This document shows, in pieces, positions 24,980-39,560 of a stretch of 64,000 nt of DNA. The stretch lies in assembly GCF_009914755.1 (NCBI RefSeq), contig NC_060927.1; one strand, 5' to 3'. Below the pieces are notes generated by a model that worked only from the letters and a program-made list of their open reading frames with translations, ran no database searches and was not told the origin of the DNA. The translations under genes were made by a program, and so were the position numbers. Origin of the DNA: the human T2T-CHM13v2.0 reference genome, Homo sapiens. The stretch's first letter is position 1; the number at the start of each line of letters is the position of its first letter.

Positions 24980-25984
24980 TGACCTGGTTCATACAACTTG
25001 TTCTAAAAGGGATTGTATTCATGTTTAATTAAATCACTGAAAATTATAGGATTCACTCACCACACTAGTGTTTTCCTAACTACTGATCCCAGCTTTGCTT
25101 TATATTCAGCTATCTCTTTTTCTTTCAAATTTTAACTTTGTTAGAGGGGATGTAAATTAGCCAATCCTGCTGTGAAATTCACTAGAGAGGGCTCTTTTTC
25201 TTACCTTTAGTTTTTGCAGGTTTATGTGATTTAGTGATGGTAAAATATCTAAGATCCATATTACTCTTTATTTTGAAAAAAAACACAGCAGCAAATTTAT
25301 TTTCTCTGCAGTCCCATGACTCTTTGAAAATGCTAGCAGGTCTTTTGACTTATAAGTTAAAAAGTCATCTTAGTGCTTTGGCTGTAGTTCAAAAATGAGA
25401 TGCTGAATTTCTTATCTTGATAAATTATAAAGTTACTCATTGTCCCTTTCTTATTCCTGTGTCTCTGCTCTGCCCTGTCCCTTTCTCTTTAACTTGTCAA
25501 ATGAGTGATTTCTGTTAAATGAATCATAAAAATATATTTAAATATATGCATGTGCATCCTGAAACAAAGTTGCCAGTTTGTGACACACATAAAAGAGGAA
25601 AATGACTTCATTATATATCATCTTTTTATTCACACCTCCTTTGTGCCTGACTCATATGAAATATTAAACAAATGTTGAATAAAGTAATGAATTAATATTT
25701 CCCTGATTTTCTGGATGCTCCATTCAGAAGTTTCCTCTTCTTTTATGAATGCTTAAATTATTGTTTACCACTTACAACACTTTAATGTGTTGCTTTGTGC
25801 TCATGTTAGCTGAATATTTTACTATTATTATTATAATATCCCCATCTCAGAATGCAAGATTTATAAGTAATCATCACTCAGAATCACTTTATAAATCATA
25901 ATTTATAAGCTATGATTCTCATGTAGAAAAATAGAATGTAGGTTTAATGAAATGCTCATATTTTCTTACAGAATAATAAAGTGT

Positions 25985-26297
25985 TATATCTTTACTTATA
26001 TCAAATTCCTGAATCAAAGAATTTATTTGAATGGAGACTTCAGGAAGCACTAAACGGACTTCGGGAAGGCGCCAGGGAAGGGAACAAAGCCAATGAAGGA
26101 TATGTTATTAACAGATCACCGCTGTATGAAACTGAAGCTTTACCTTAATGTGAACATTTGGCAGACATGTATAAGATGCTTCAACATTATTCTGCCTAAA
26201 AAAGGAAAAAGCTGGGATATATATCCCCCAAATACAGGCAGGCACTGGAATAGTGAATTCTAAAGAGATACGAATTGGGCACCAAGAGTGTCTGCAA
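25985..26297 (-). mobile_element. LTR33/LTR16-family ERVL LTR fragment
   Basis: 'caggaagcac...cagggaagggaacaaagccaatgaaggatatgttatt...accgctgt'. Confidence 0.6.
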
Positions 26298-27215
26298 TTA
26301 TGGCATCAAAAGTATAGGGGGACACTACTTATTTTCTTGGAGTCAACAGAAGCTATACTAATAAAAAAAAATAAGGAAAGAAAAGCTGTGGTTCCGATGA
26401 TCTTTCAACAATAGGGATCTTAAGAGTCCATAGCAGAGGAGCCAATCTGGCTGATTTGTAAAAATAAACATTCAATTTAAGGGGTTAATAGTAAAATAGA
26501 AGCTTAAATGTATAAAATGCACTTCTGTCCTGTGCAGTTTCATATTTGCCTATTCCTGTTAGAAGTCAAATTTTAATAGAATTTAATTAATTTAATATTA
26601 ATTATTAATATCATTAATTTAATTTAATGTTTAAATTAAAGTCATTAACTTATCCTCATAAGTTTCTCCTGACAATGGATGAAGATAGACAAGGAAGCTA
26701 ACCACATCATTGATTTTAGTTGTTTTAAAACCCTTACTTTGCATAGTAATAAAATTGAAATATGTCCATATTGGTCAATTTGAGTTGTTTATGGTTAATA
26801 TTATTTGCTTAAGTGATTTATTAAAAGGAATTTATTTTTCACAGAATCTTGCTGATTTTCAAAATGGTTTTATTTCAGAATTTATCTCCAAATCATTTTG
26901 TATATTTTTTGTCTGACCTCTGAATGAGCTTCTTACAACTAATAACACTATATGCATTTGAACAAATAAAAATTAATGAACGAATGAGCTAGTTTTTACC
27001 AAATTCTTATCATTTTTAGGAATATTTCCACTATTATCATATAATATCACATAATACAATTCTCTCTATTCATCACTTTTACTTGATAATGGGAGCCTTA
27101 AGGCCAAAAATATTTATCATTATTCTTTGTAACCTCAGAATCTGATGTCTAGATTCCAAAGAGATAATGGATAATTTTTAAATGTTAGAAGAAAAAATGA
27201 ATAACCAATAGCCAC

Positions 27216-27475
27216 TTTATTTATTTGTTTTTAGAAACAGGGTCTTGCTCTGTCACTGAGGCTGGCATGCACTGGCATCACCATAGCTCACTGCAGCTTC
27301 AAATTCCTGAGCTAGGGCAATCTTCCCACCTCCGCCTCCTGAGTAGCTAGGAGTGGGCCTGTAGGCCCACACCACCATGCTCGGCTACTTTTCAAGTTAT
27401 TTTTAGAGAAAGGGTCTCATTATTCTCGTTTCCCAGGCTGGTCTCAAACTCCTGGCCTCAAGCAATCATCTCTAT
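27216..27475 (-). mobile_element. AluJ, 5'-truncated
   Basis: 'catagctcactgcagc' and 'ctcctggcctcaagcaatc'. TSD-like agccacttta / agctacttta. Confidence 0.9.
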
Positions 27476-27756
27476 CAGCTACTTTAAATCATCTGCCAGA
27501 TAAGCATCTTAATTTTCTTTGAAGTGGAGTAGAATAATAGTGGGGTTGGTTTAAGAATTTTTGCCTGTCTCTGACCAAAACTCAGCCGAGTATGTAAAAG
27601 AGAGTCCTTGTCCTGGTACCAAGTTTAAAACACAATTTAAATATATTGAACGTGCAGGGGAGCCAACTCAAAGACAACATGGAAGGTTGACGTTTTATGC
27701 TGATGCATCCGGTGGTGGAACATGAAATGATTTGGTCCCCTGTAGACAAAATTATT

Positions 27757-27990
27757 TAGGGGTTGCAAAACAGCAGCTGATATGCCTAAACCTATCTTTT
27801 CTTTTACTTGTCAAATGTTTACAACTCTTCGAATTTAAATGACTGCAGCTGTAATAAAGTGTTTATATTCACCTTTAACACAACCGACCACAGCTAATTT
27901 CTCTTTTTGGAAATTCTAAAGTTGCTTCATAGATTTCCTTTTCCTATTTGGTCATCGACGCCATTGGAGGTTATAAGTTTGTGACCTCTG
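27757..27990. mobile_element. hAT-Charlie MITE (MER102/MER58-like)
   Basis: Termini 'taggggttgcaaa' ... 'tttgtgacctctg'. Confidence 0.5.
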
Positions 27991-28292
27991 AATGTTATGT
28001 AATGCTAAACATCTATTTGTTATGTTTTTTCACTGTTTTCTTTTAACTAACTTAACCTGTGGTTTTCACATTACATAAACAAAGTCTTACTCTACAGTAT
28101 TTCCAATATCAATCTTTGCAAGTTTTATTTAAAGTTTACTTCATGTCATTTCTTGAAAAGCATTTTCATAAATAAAAATGAAATATATGCACTGCAACTC
28201 CTATACAGAAAGTATGTAAAACACAAGTAAATAATGAAAACATGATGGTGAATTTCCACACTTTAAATTTGTCTCACTTAAATGCTTTAGAA

Positions 28293-28520
28293 TAGTGGTT
28301 CTCAACCTGACTGACTAATTTTGCCCCCAGAGGATATTTGGCAGTGTCTGGAGACATTGTGATTGTTAAACTGGGAGGGGAATGCTACTGGCACCTGGTG
28401 AGTAAATACCAAGAACGCTCCTAAGAAGATTCTACAATGCACAGGACAGCTCCTCTACCCCATCTTAATAAAGACTTCTCCACCAACAAATGTTAATAAT
28501 GTTGAGATGAAGAAACCCTG
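28293..28520 (+). mobile_element. MER20 (hAT-Charlie)
   Basis: 'agtggttctcaac...ttttgcccccagaggatatttggcagtgtctggagacatt...tgctactggca...gaaaccctg'. Confidence 0.9.
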
Positions 28521-28900
28521 CACAGAGTAACTAATATGAAGCTATTTACTACATTTGCCAAACGTCTAATCCTGTACATTGCTCTTTAGAAAAACCGAAG
28601 GAAACTACAATTCTTTTCTCAAATGACCATTTATGCAAGAAGAATAAACAAATATTCAGGAAAAAATAAGACAATAATTCTTTATAAACCAAATAGTTAT
28701 GTTGAATTAATAAAGCAGATTTAGCCTTCAAGTGAGGAGCATCAAGTATTGAGAAACTTAAATTGCACATTGTTTCCCTTGTTAAGAAGAAATCAGTGTT
28801 GATATTGGGTTAGCTGCTCAGCAGTGCCAGCATTAGGGCAGCCCCTGTGTCTCTGCCTCAGGGACTCAAGACCTTTGCTGCACCTTCATGCAAGAAGATT

Positions 28901-29186
28901 GGCGGGCCGCGATGGCTCACGCTTGTAATCCCAGCACTTTGGGAAGCAGAAGCGGGCGGATCACGAGGTCAGGAGATCGAGACCACGGTGAAACCCCGTC
29001 TCTATTAAAAATACAAAAAATTAGCCGGGCGTGGTGGCGGGCGCCTGTAGTCCCAGCTACTTGGAGAGGCTGAGGCAGGAGAATGGCGTGAACCCGGGAA
29101 GGGGAGCTTGCAGTGAGCAGAGATCGCGCCACTGCAGTCCAGCCTGGGCGACAAAGACAGACTCTGCCTAAAAAAAAAAAAAAAAA
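28901..29186 (+). mobile_element. AluY of the Yd (Yc3-type) lineage
   Basis: 12-bp left-arm deletion ('gagaccacggtgaaacccc'), plus 'cacgcttgtaatc' and 'ggagaggctgagg'. Many CpGs retained. Confidence 0.9.
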
Positions 29187-29197
29187 GATAGCAGAGG

Positions 29198-29278
29198 GTA
29201 AAAAGGCAGTGTGGTGGTGTTTGTGTAAAAAGGCAGTGTGGTGGTGTTTGTGTAAAAAGGCAGTGTGGTGGTGTTTGT
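29198..29278. repeat. 27-bp minisatellite, 3 perfect copies
   Basis: (gtaaaaaggcagtgtggtggtgtttgt)x3. Confidence 0.97.
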
Positions 29279-30683
29279 GCCAGTAGTAACCATTCTCTTT
29301 TATCAAGAAAAACATAAATTGTTAGCAGAAGCATACACTCTACCTCTGGTTACATTTTAGTGGTCAGAAGTGCAATGCATAGGGAGCATGGGGAAGCAAT
29401 TAGTTAGATTTTCAACCACAATAGTGCAGTAACGGTGAGGAAAATAGTTGAAACTCTATTGAATTGGTCACCAAGAAGTTTCTACTACGAATAGCTATAT
29501 GTATTCCATAGTTTACAAAGGAAACTGAGAATGCTGCTTTCAATTGAGAAAGAATGTTTATCTGAATTATATTTAAATGTTTATCTAAAAGGGGTGGCAT
29601 AATTGATAAAAGTTAACTAATTTCCCACATAAGAATTGCAGACCCAAAGCTTGGCAAATTTGCAATCATGGAGAATATTTATGGCTTTGTTCTTAATCTA
29701 AAACCAAAAGGAAAGTGTGAAAATATAATATATGTTGAAATGCCACATATTTACTGTAAAATGAGTTTGGGAATTAACTTAGTCAACTCATCTCTCAAGT
29801 AATGTTTGTATTTTTCCCTTATAAGCTATTCAAAATCAATTATTTTTAAATTAAACTTAATAAAATAATTGTTATTAATAATTAATTGGTAGTTACCAAT
29901 ATGAATGTATTACCAAGTTTATTTTCTTGGTTTAAAACCAACAAACAGAAAATTCAGAAAGTCCCTGGGAAGCAAGTATGTATATAGTCCCAAATCAAGC
30001 CCTTTGCTTCTAAGAACTAACAAAGCCTTATTTCTGCATTTTGCTGAACTTTATTTTCCTGTTTTCTATATCTCAGGGCAAACATCTCATCTCAAGATCC
30101 CACCGACATAGGTTTCCTCTCCGTGGAAAAGCAGCTGTAATGACTCAAAGAAAAATCAAGAAAGAAGATGATAAAGGTCATAGCCACTGTTAGGAGTCTT
30201 ATTCCCACAGGCAATACAGATTCTGTAATATCAATCAAAGTTCCCTGAGAAGGCTCACCTTACTGATGTCTTCTTTGGTGTTGCTATGGCCTTTGTTGCT
30301 AGGGAACTACCCAGTCCAAATGATTTTCTGAAGAAATGACCTGCTATTGGTACTGAATCATGACCTGAGACTGGTAGTAATATTACGTAATACTTCCCAG
30401 AGGCTACCAACCCACGCTCTTCTTTCAGTTTCAGTTAGATGAAAAAAAAAAAAAAAAGGTCAGAACAGGGAAAGTGCATTTGAGATGGCCTCAAGTAAGG
30501 GACTTTTGTACCATGATGTTAAAATATTTTACACTGTTAATCCTTGTAAATCTTAAGAAACTATGCTATAGTCAAAGATTCTTTGAAATAGTACTTATGT
30601 CAAGAAGGTAAGATATCTCTTCTCATAACATTACATAAAGGATGCTTTAATTAAAACAAAGAAGTGAAAAATAAAGGTACATC

Positions 30684-30868
30684 TGTAATTATTTACTTTA
30701 TAAATAACTTAAGTAACACTTCTTGATTATAGATCCACTTTATAAGAATGATTTCATTTATACTCCATAATGTAAATTATTTACTTTATAAATAACTTAA
30801 GTAACACTTGTTGATTATAGATCCACTTTATATTACAAGAATGATTTCATTTATACTCCATAATGTAA
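30684..30868. repeat. Tandem duplication of a ~90-bp unit
   Basis: Copies start at 30684 and 30771. 'tgtaa' occurs at all three boundaries. Confidence 0.95.
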
Positions 30869-33077
30869 ACCTTTAAAATAGAATATTTTTTTTTTAATTT
30901 TGCCTTCTAATTTTACTGATTTTTCAAAAGAAATATGCTTTTATCTCATGATGAATATTTCACTATGAAATTATCCATTGTGTGTTTTTTCTTCAGCATG
31001 AAAATGATCATAACCATCATAGGTCATTAGCACCTGATCACCTGATAAGCAATATTTAAAATAATATAACAAATCTGGCAGTACTGAAATTCATGAACTT
31101 TTTTATATACGCCGTGAATCTCAATTAAGAATTCTTCAAAATTTGACTACACTTAATGGTTTTGAAATTCCGTTTTACATAATACTCACTAAAGAAATTG
31201 ATAGACCAAGATATTCTGACTTAAAAGCATCTCCCTTGAGAGCCCCTTAGTTTTATTTGGGTTTCTACGAAGAGTACACTTTTAATAAACAAGACCATAA
31301 ATGTACAGTAGGAAAAAGCAGGTTTTGCTATTGTACAGTTTTCACTGTTTCAAAAATAAGCAACCTAATGCTGGAAATCATGGGTATTTAATAAATTTTG
31401 AATAATGTAGTTGAAAAGTTAAGGAAAGATCAGGGAGAAATATCAGAGTAGCTCTTATAACTGCTAAAATTTTAGCACAGGAATAAAATTTTACAATAAT
31501 AAATATGCTAAGTATTGTAAAATTGTTGAAATTCTGTGCTCCAAAAACAGATTAAAGTTGTTCCATAGGATGAAATAGTTCCTTTGTTTTGTTTACACAG
31601 TTTTTAATGTTTTTATTTTATTTTGTTCTTTCAGATACAATTTTCTTTCCAAATATTCTAAAATGATTAAAAAGGTTTTCCCAAAAAAATGTGAATTGGA
31701 TAATGAAAATAAATATATAAATTCAATAATTTAAAAGAAATTTATATTTATGAAAACCAATGACACTAAAACCTGGGGAAGTAAAAATACTTCCAATTAA
31801 AGTTAAATATGAATGTGTTGCTGACATAAATACTTTATTTTGTTAATATTCATGCATGAATAATATAAATATTATGGTGTAAATAAGTCAGAGGAAGCCT
31901 AAATAAAATGTTTTGACTAATAATAGTTCTTGAATCACAAGAATTTTTTAAAAATCCATACTGTTTTTACAGACATGTATTTATTATTTTTAGCCTCACT
32001 GACTTTTGTATTAATAACAATGTTACCACCATATATACTGTACAAATTATTATATAATATCAGAGTTTTAAAATACTATTATTAAACATGAATTAGCTAA
32101 TAATTCTTCTGACATATTAGCTTAGAAAAGTGGACACTAAATGTATTATTTAAGGTAACCTTGAAATTGATCCCAGAAATTTAAGTTCAATTGTGAAGTG
32201 GTTCTTATTTTTTTAATTTTCTCCTACTCTTCCCTTGCCTTGTAAATGTTCATCCAAATTTAATTTCTCTAGTGATGCTAATCAAATTCTCAAGTTAGAT
32301 AACATTAATAAAAATGTGCTAATATAGCAGGCAGATTTTCCCAATTTGTCACTGCAGTGCTCTTAATGTAACAAACCTCATTCTTTTTTATACAAATAAC
32401 TTGGGTGGAAAAATATCACCAAAAATGCTTTATATGGCAGAAATGCTAAATATGCATATTCTTGTGAAATAAATTATTTTAACAGCTGTCGTTTTTTATT
32501 TTAATTTTTATCACTATGGGTTTTTTTTGTATTCTAAAACCCTAATTCATAAAATGGATAAAAATAATGTTTTTGGTCAATTTTGCACAACTTTTTTGTG
32601 TAAAGTGTCACCTCAAAATAATTTTATATTAATATTATGACACAAATATCCCTTCTGCCATTTACCATAGAAGTATCATTTTAAGAGATATTAAATGCCA
32701 ACAAGTAGTTCTTTTGAACATTTCTGGTTATTTGGGTGATGTCAGAAGAGAATAATCAGGCAAAAAAAGGAATTTTTTTCTTTTTCAAATCATTCACTAT
32801 AGAAAAATAACAGCATTCATCTACAGATTAACTAAAGTATATTGATCCTTAAAAGAAATTCTATTGATATTCCATCTGCTAATGGAGCCCACATCTCTCC
32901 CATTTTCTTTGGGGATCATGAAAGAAGGATCACGTTTTTCCCATTTATGTTACTAGTACGGGATGAATTTCAGTTTAAATCTTTACTTGGCACTTAGCAT
33001 AGGTTATCTTGATTTCTTCATTCTCATCTTTGTGAACCCAGAGTGTCATTTCAATCCCTTTCTCTATGTTTCTCCCT

Positions 33078-33150
33078 GTCTCTCTCTCTCTCTCTGTCAC
33101 ACACACACACACACACATACACACACACACACACACACACAAACACACAC
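33078..33150. repeat. (TC)n(CA)n microsatellite
   Basis: Read directly from the sequence. Confidence 0.95.
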
Positions 33151-34069
33151 CCCCATCCCTGGAACTAAAACTAAAATGTATATAAGGAATTTGCATGTTC
33201 AGGCCCAGTTAGAGGTTATGAAGCTGGAAGAAATTTAAATTATAGCAAACTGTCCTTATTGGTTTGTTTAAGCAATTTGAGATTCAATTATTAGAAAAAC
33301 TATACATCATATATAGATAGATAGGCACCTATAGATATACGTAAATATATTAGAAATATTAGAAAAGATACTTGTATTAAAATTTTTGTGACAGAAAAAT
33401 TTTAAAAAAGAATCGTGAAGTGACTATACAAATAACAATTTTTTAAATTTGTAAAATTGTCTTTTTCTTATTCCCAGGCATTTTTTTTAATGCTTGCTTC
33501 ATGGTACATGTGCATGCACTGCGTCATAGAGATATATTTCATGTGGTTATTTTCCTAAAAAAGTAAATTGTGTCAGCAGGGATGAATATGATGATTTGCT
33601 AATTTTTTATACTAAAAATCATCTTATGATACATGTTTTATAGAACGTTAAAATGTGTATTGACCATATATTTTCATGTCCTTGTTTTTCAATTACTTTA
33701 GTGTCATGTATATTAACTACATTAATTTATGATCAACTTAATATTTTGCATATATTTTTGGTATTTATATAATATGTATGCATACACCCACATTTTATAT
33801 GTAAGTATATATATATATAGGTGGGTTTAATATATAAATGCCTCATGTGTGCTAATAACTTTATGTGCATATTGGATTTTAAAAATTCAATGAAGTGTTA
33901 TTATTCCTAGCTTACAAAGAAGGACACCAGCCAACCTTTCTTACAGAAGAAATATTTCACTTAACTTATTAGGTGTGACTGCAAAGCACATCCCCTTCCT
34001 ATGCTGCCTCATTCACCTCCATAGAAAATAATAGTTGCTAGAAAAGACACATAATAGGAATTCTTTCTA

Positions 34070-34560
34070 TATATAAATTCCTATTCTGCGTATTATTTTA
34101 TTTTCTATCTTGCCTATATTTACTACCTTAAATTTATAATATTTAATATACTTTGAGGAGAGTTTCTTCCCCATAAAAAATGTCAAATTCACTGTAAAAT
34201 TGCTGCATAAGCATTCCATTGTATGACTACAGTATAGCCCATTTAAGTATCTAAAACTGATGCATATTTGCAGTGTTTCCAATCTTGCTATCATAAGCAG
34301 GGCCTTAATAAATACTCTTATACAGTTATTTTGGCATATGGGCAAGTGCACTTGTAGGATGAAGTCCTGAATGGGTAATTTCTTGTATAAGTTATTTATG
34401 CATATATATGTTGATATATAGGACCAAACTATCATCCATAAATGCTATAACAATTAAATTTTCCAAAAAGCTATTTGAGCATGATAGCTTATTTACATTC
34501 TGGCAACAGTGTACTTGCAAACTTTTTGAAAATCTTAGTCAACCTGAAATTTTAAAAAGA
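34070..34560 (-). mobile_element. Old L1ME-like fragment
   Basis: 'gcattccattgtatg', 'gtttccaatcttgctat' and 'ccaaact' are antisense ORF2-end motifs, highly diverged. Confidence 0.55.
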
Positions 34561-36299
34561 AGGAAATATCTTCCCATTTTAGATTTAATAATAGCTATCA
34601 TATGTAACAAATAAAGAAGAATCTAAGTGAAACTTCTTTATGAATTTCAAATGATGTAGCTATTGCCATGAAACCTCCAAGGTACATGGCATGGATGAAA
34701 TCATGAAGTTATCTTAACAGCATTCAAAAATATGATGTAATACATAAAGATTTGGTACTTAAGCTTTATAGAGGTAATTTTTATGATTTTAAAATTTTAC
34801 ATAGCATAAATTAATGTTAAAAATGTATTTTCAAAAATGCCATTAGTAAGTAACAGAATAGTCTTCTGATTGAATTAGAAAACATTAACAGCTGATATAT
34901 TTAGGATATCTCTTTGTTCTTTTCTACCAAAGCTTACAGTAACTTAGTGAATTTGTTATACTAAAAAAAAAATCAGCAAACACTTTCCTGCTATTCCCTT
35001 GGCAATAAAACTGTTCATAATCATTGAAATAATGGATTATAGTTCCCCAAGATGTTTGATCCTACTTACTTATTACGAAGCTTTGACAGGAATTGTGACT
35101 CTAGTTTTAGAATGAGCTTCCCAGGAGATAAGGTCTCAGTGCAGTGAAGGGAAAAGAAGTAACTTCAGGTTTATATCAAAGAGGAATTTCTTCAGTGAGA
35201 TATTTACTCTTATTTTCAAATCCTTAGATATAACATTGAATATAGAGTTTAAAAAAAACTATTTACTATGTCAGTTTATACTTTAAAATGTGTTGTAGCC
35301 AACTTTGATTTATGGTAATTTGCACACAGTACTCATGGCTTTTAACTTGCAGGCATGTTAGAAAGTGAAATTAACTCCATATCTCTACTTTGAAGATAGT
35401 ATTTTAGGAAGTTTTAGGGAATTATTTTACAGAGTTTCAAGTAGTGTCTTTTAGTTCAATGATCAAATGACACTCTTAAATGTATGTATATATTAATAAT
35501 CAAATGCTGACAAACCCTCTCCCCAAACAAAAACAAAAATGCTATTTATTTACTATTAAAAAATTAGTGTCAGAAATTGTGGTAGATACTACCTCTTGTT
35601 CTCTTATCCTATATTTAGTATGTAAAAATAATATTTTTAACTAAATATTATAAAGTAATGCAAGATGTTAAAACAGAGTCTACTGATTTCATTATTTTCA
35701 CCTATTTCATTTTATTATGAACAATTTTAGTAAAAATTATATTTTATTTGTTTTGTTAGAGCCAAAAAAATTTTCCAAATTTATTAAGCAACCATTGAGC
35801 AACTTAAAACAACTACAAATAGACTATTTGGAGACTTTGGTTATCTAAAAATGTGTACTCATGAAAACAGAGTTAACAAACACATGTAGAAAATATGATT
35901 GAGAAATACTGGCCTATATCACATCTACAAAATATATGTTACACAAATGTGTCTAAAACCTATAGATTTACATTACATATCCAAACAGACAGAACTGAAA
36001 ATATGCTATTGAATACATAGTTGCACAAAAACTATATTTGCAACTTACATTTCTAACAAATGCTGAATTTTTTTCTCTGTTGAAATAAAAAAATATGAAG
36101 CTACTTTCTAATGCTACTGTACAGTTTCAAGGGTTTTCAAATGAAAAGAAGTTTCTGTAATTAGGTAAGTATTAAATTATGTTTTATGAAGAATTATAAG
36201 TAAAAACAAAAGATCCTGTCAAATTGTGAAACAAAATTTGGGATTTAAACAGAATATGTGGAAATATGGTAGACTTTAATATTATTGCATGTATATATT

Positions 36300-37380
36300 A
36301 AACAATTTCAACTTTTATCCTAAATTCAGGGGTATAAGTGCAGGTTTATTACATAGGTATATTGTGTGATGCTGAGTATTGGGGTACAGATAATCCCATC
36401 ACCCAGGTAGTGAGCAGAGTAGCTGATACAGTTTGGCTTGTCCCCACCCAAATCTCATCTTGAATTGTACTCCCACAATTCCTACATGTCATGGGAGGAA
36501 CCCAATGGGAGGTGATTGAATTATGAGGGAGGGTCTTTCTCATGATGTTCTCATGATAGTGAATGATTCTCACAAGATCTGATGGTTTTAAAAATTGGAG
36601 TTTCCCTGCACAAGCTCACTCTTTGCCTGGTGCCATCCATGTCAGAGGTGACTTGCTTCTCCTTGCCTTCTGCCATGATTGTGAGGGCTCCCCAGCCATG
36701 TGGAACTGTAAGTCCGTTAAACCTCTTTCTTTTGTAAATTGCCCAGTCTTGAGTATGTCTTTATCAGCAGCATAAAAACGGACTAATACAGTACTCAATA
36801 GGTAGTTTTTCAGCCAACGTCTCCCTCTCTCCCTCCTTCATTTAATAGTCCCCAGTGACTACTGTTCCTATCTTTATATCACTGTGTCCTCAATGTTACT
36901 CATTGTGTACTCAATATATCTCCCACTTTTAAGTGAAAACTTGCAGTATTCAGTTTTCAGTTTCTGTATTAATCCACTTAGGATGATAACCTCCGCCTTC
37001 ATCCATGTTGCTGCAAAGGACATGATTTTATTCTTTTTTAAGGTTGCATATTCTGTAATGTATATGTATCACTGTTTTTAATCCAATCCAATGTAGATGG
37101 GCACATAAATTGATTTCAGGTGTTTAATATTGTGAATAGTGCAGTGACTAACATCTTTTTTGTAGAACAATTTATTTTCCATAATAAATACAATGGAATT
37201 GCTGGGTTAAATGGTAGTTTTGTTTTAGTTCTCTGTGAAATCTCCAAACAGCTTTCCATAGTGGCTGAATTAATTTACATTTTCACTAAAAGTATATACA
37301 CATTCCCTTCTCTCTGCATCCTTGCCAGCATCTGTTATTTTTTTTTTTTTTTGAGTTTTTAATAATAGCCATTCTGACTG
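36300..37380 (-). mobile_element. L1PA16/L1PB-like 3' end, interrupted by THE1
   Basis: 'gtgcaggtttattacataggtatattgtgtgatgctgag...cccatcacccaggtagtgagc'. Confidence 0.88.
36424..36790 (+). mobile_element. THE1 solo LTR (THE1B-like)
   Basis: 'tgatacagtttggcttgtccccacccaaatctcatcttgaattgt...gactaataca'. Degenerate 5-bp TSD gtagc / gtact. Confidence 0.93.

Positions 37381-39560
<2,180 letters not shown>

Noticed and set aside
26571-26640. AT-only tract with apparent palindromes
   Set aside because: Low-complexity sequence in which symmetry is expected by chance.
29198-29278. 27-bp direct repeats as a CRISPR array
   Set aside because: There are no spacers and no cas genes, and the DNA is primate.
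28917-29334. ORFs with HKHHHTAFL / TQTPPHCLF repeats resembling a His-rich metal-binding peptide
   Set aside because: They are produced by the 27-bp tandem repeat plus antisense Alu; no gene context.
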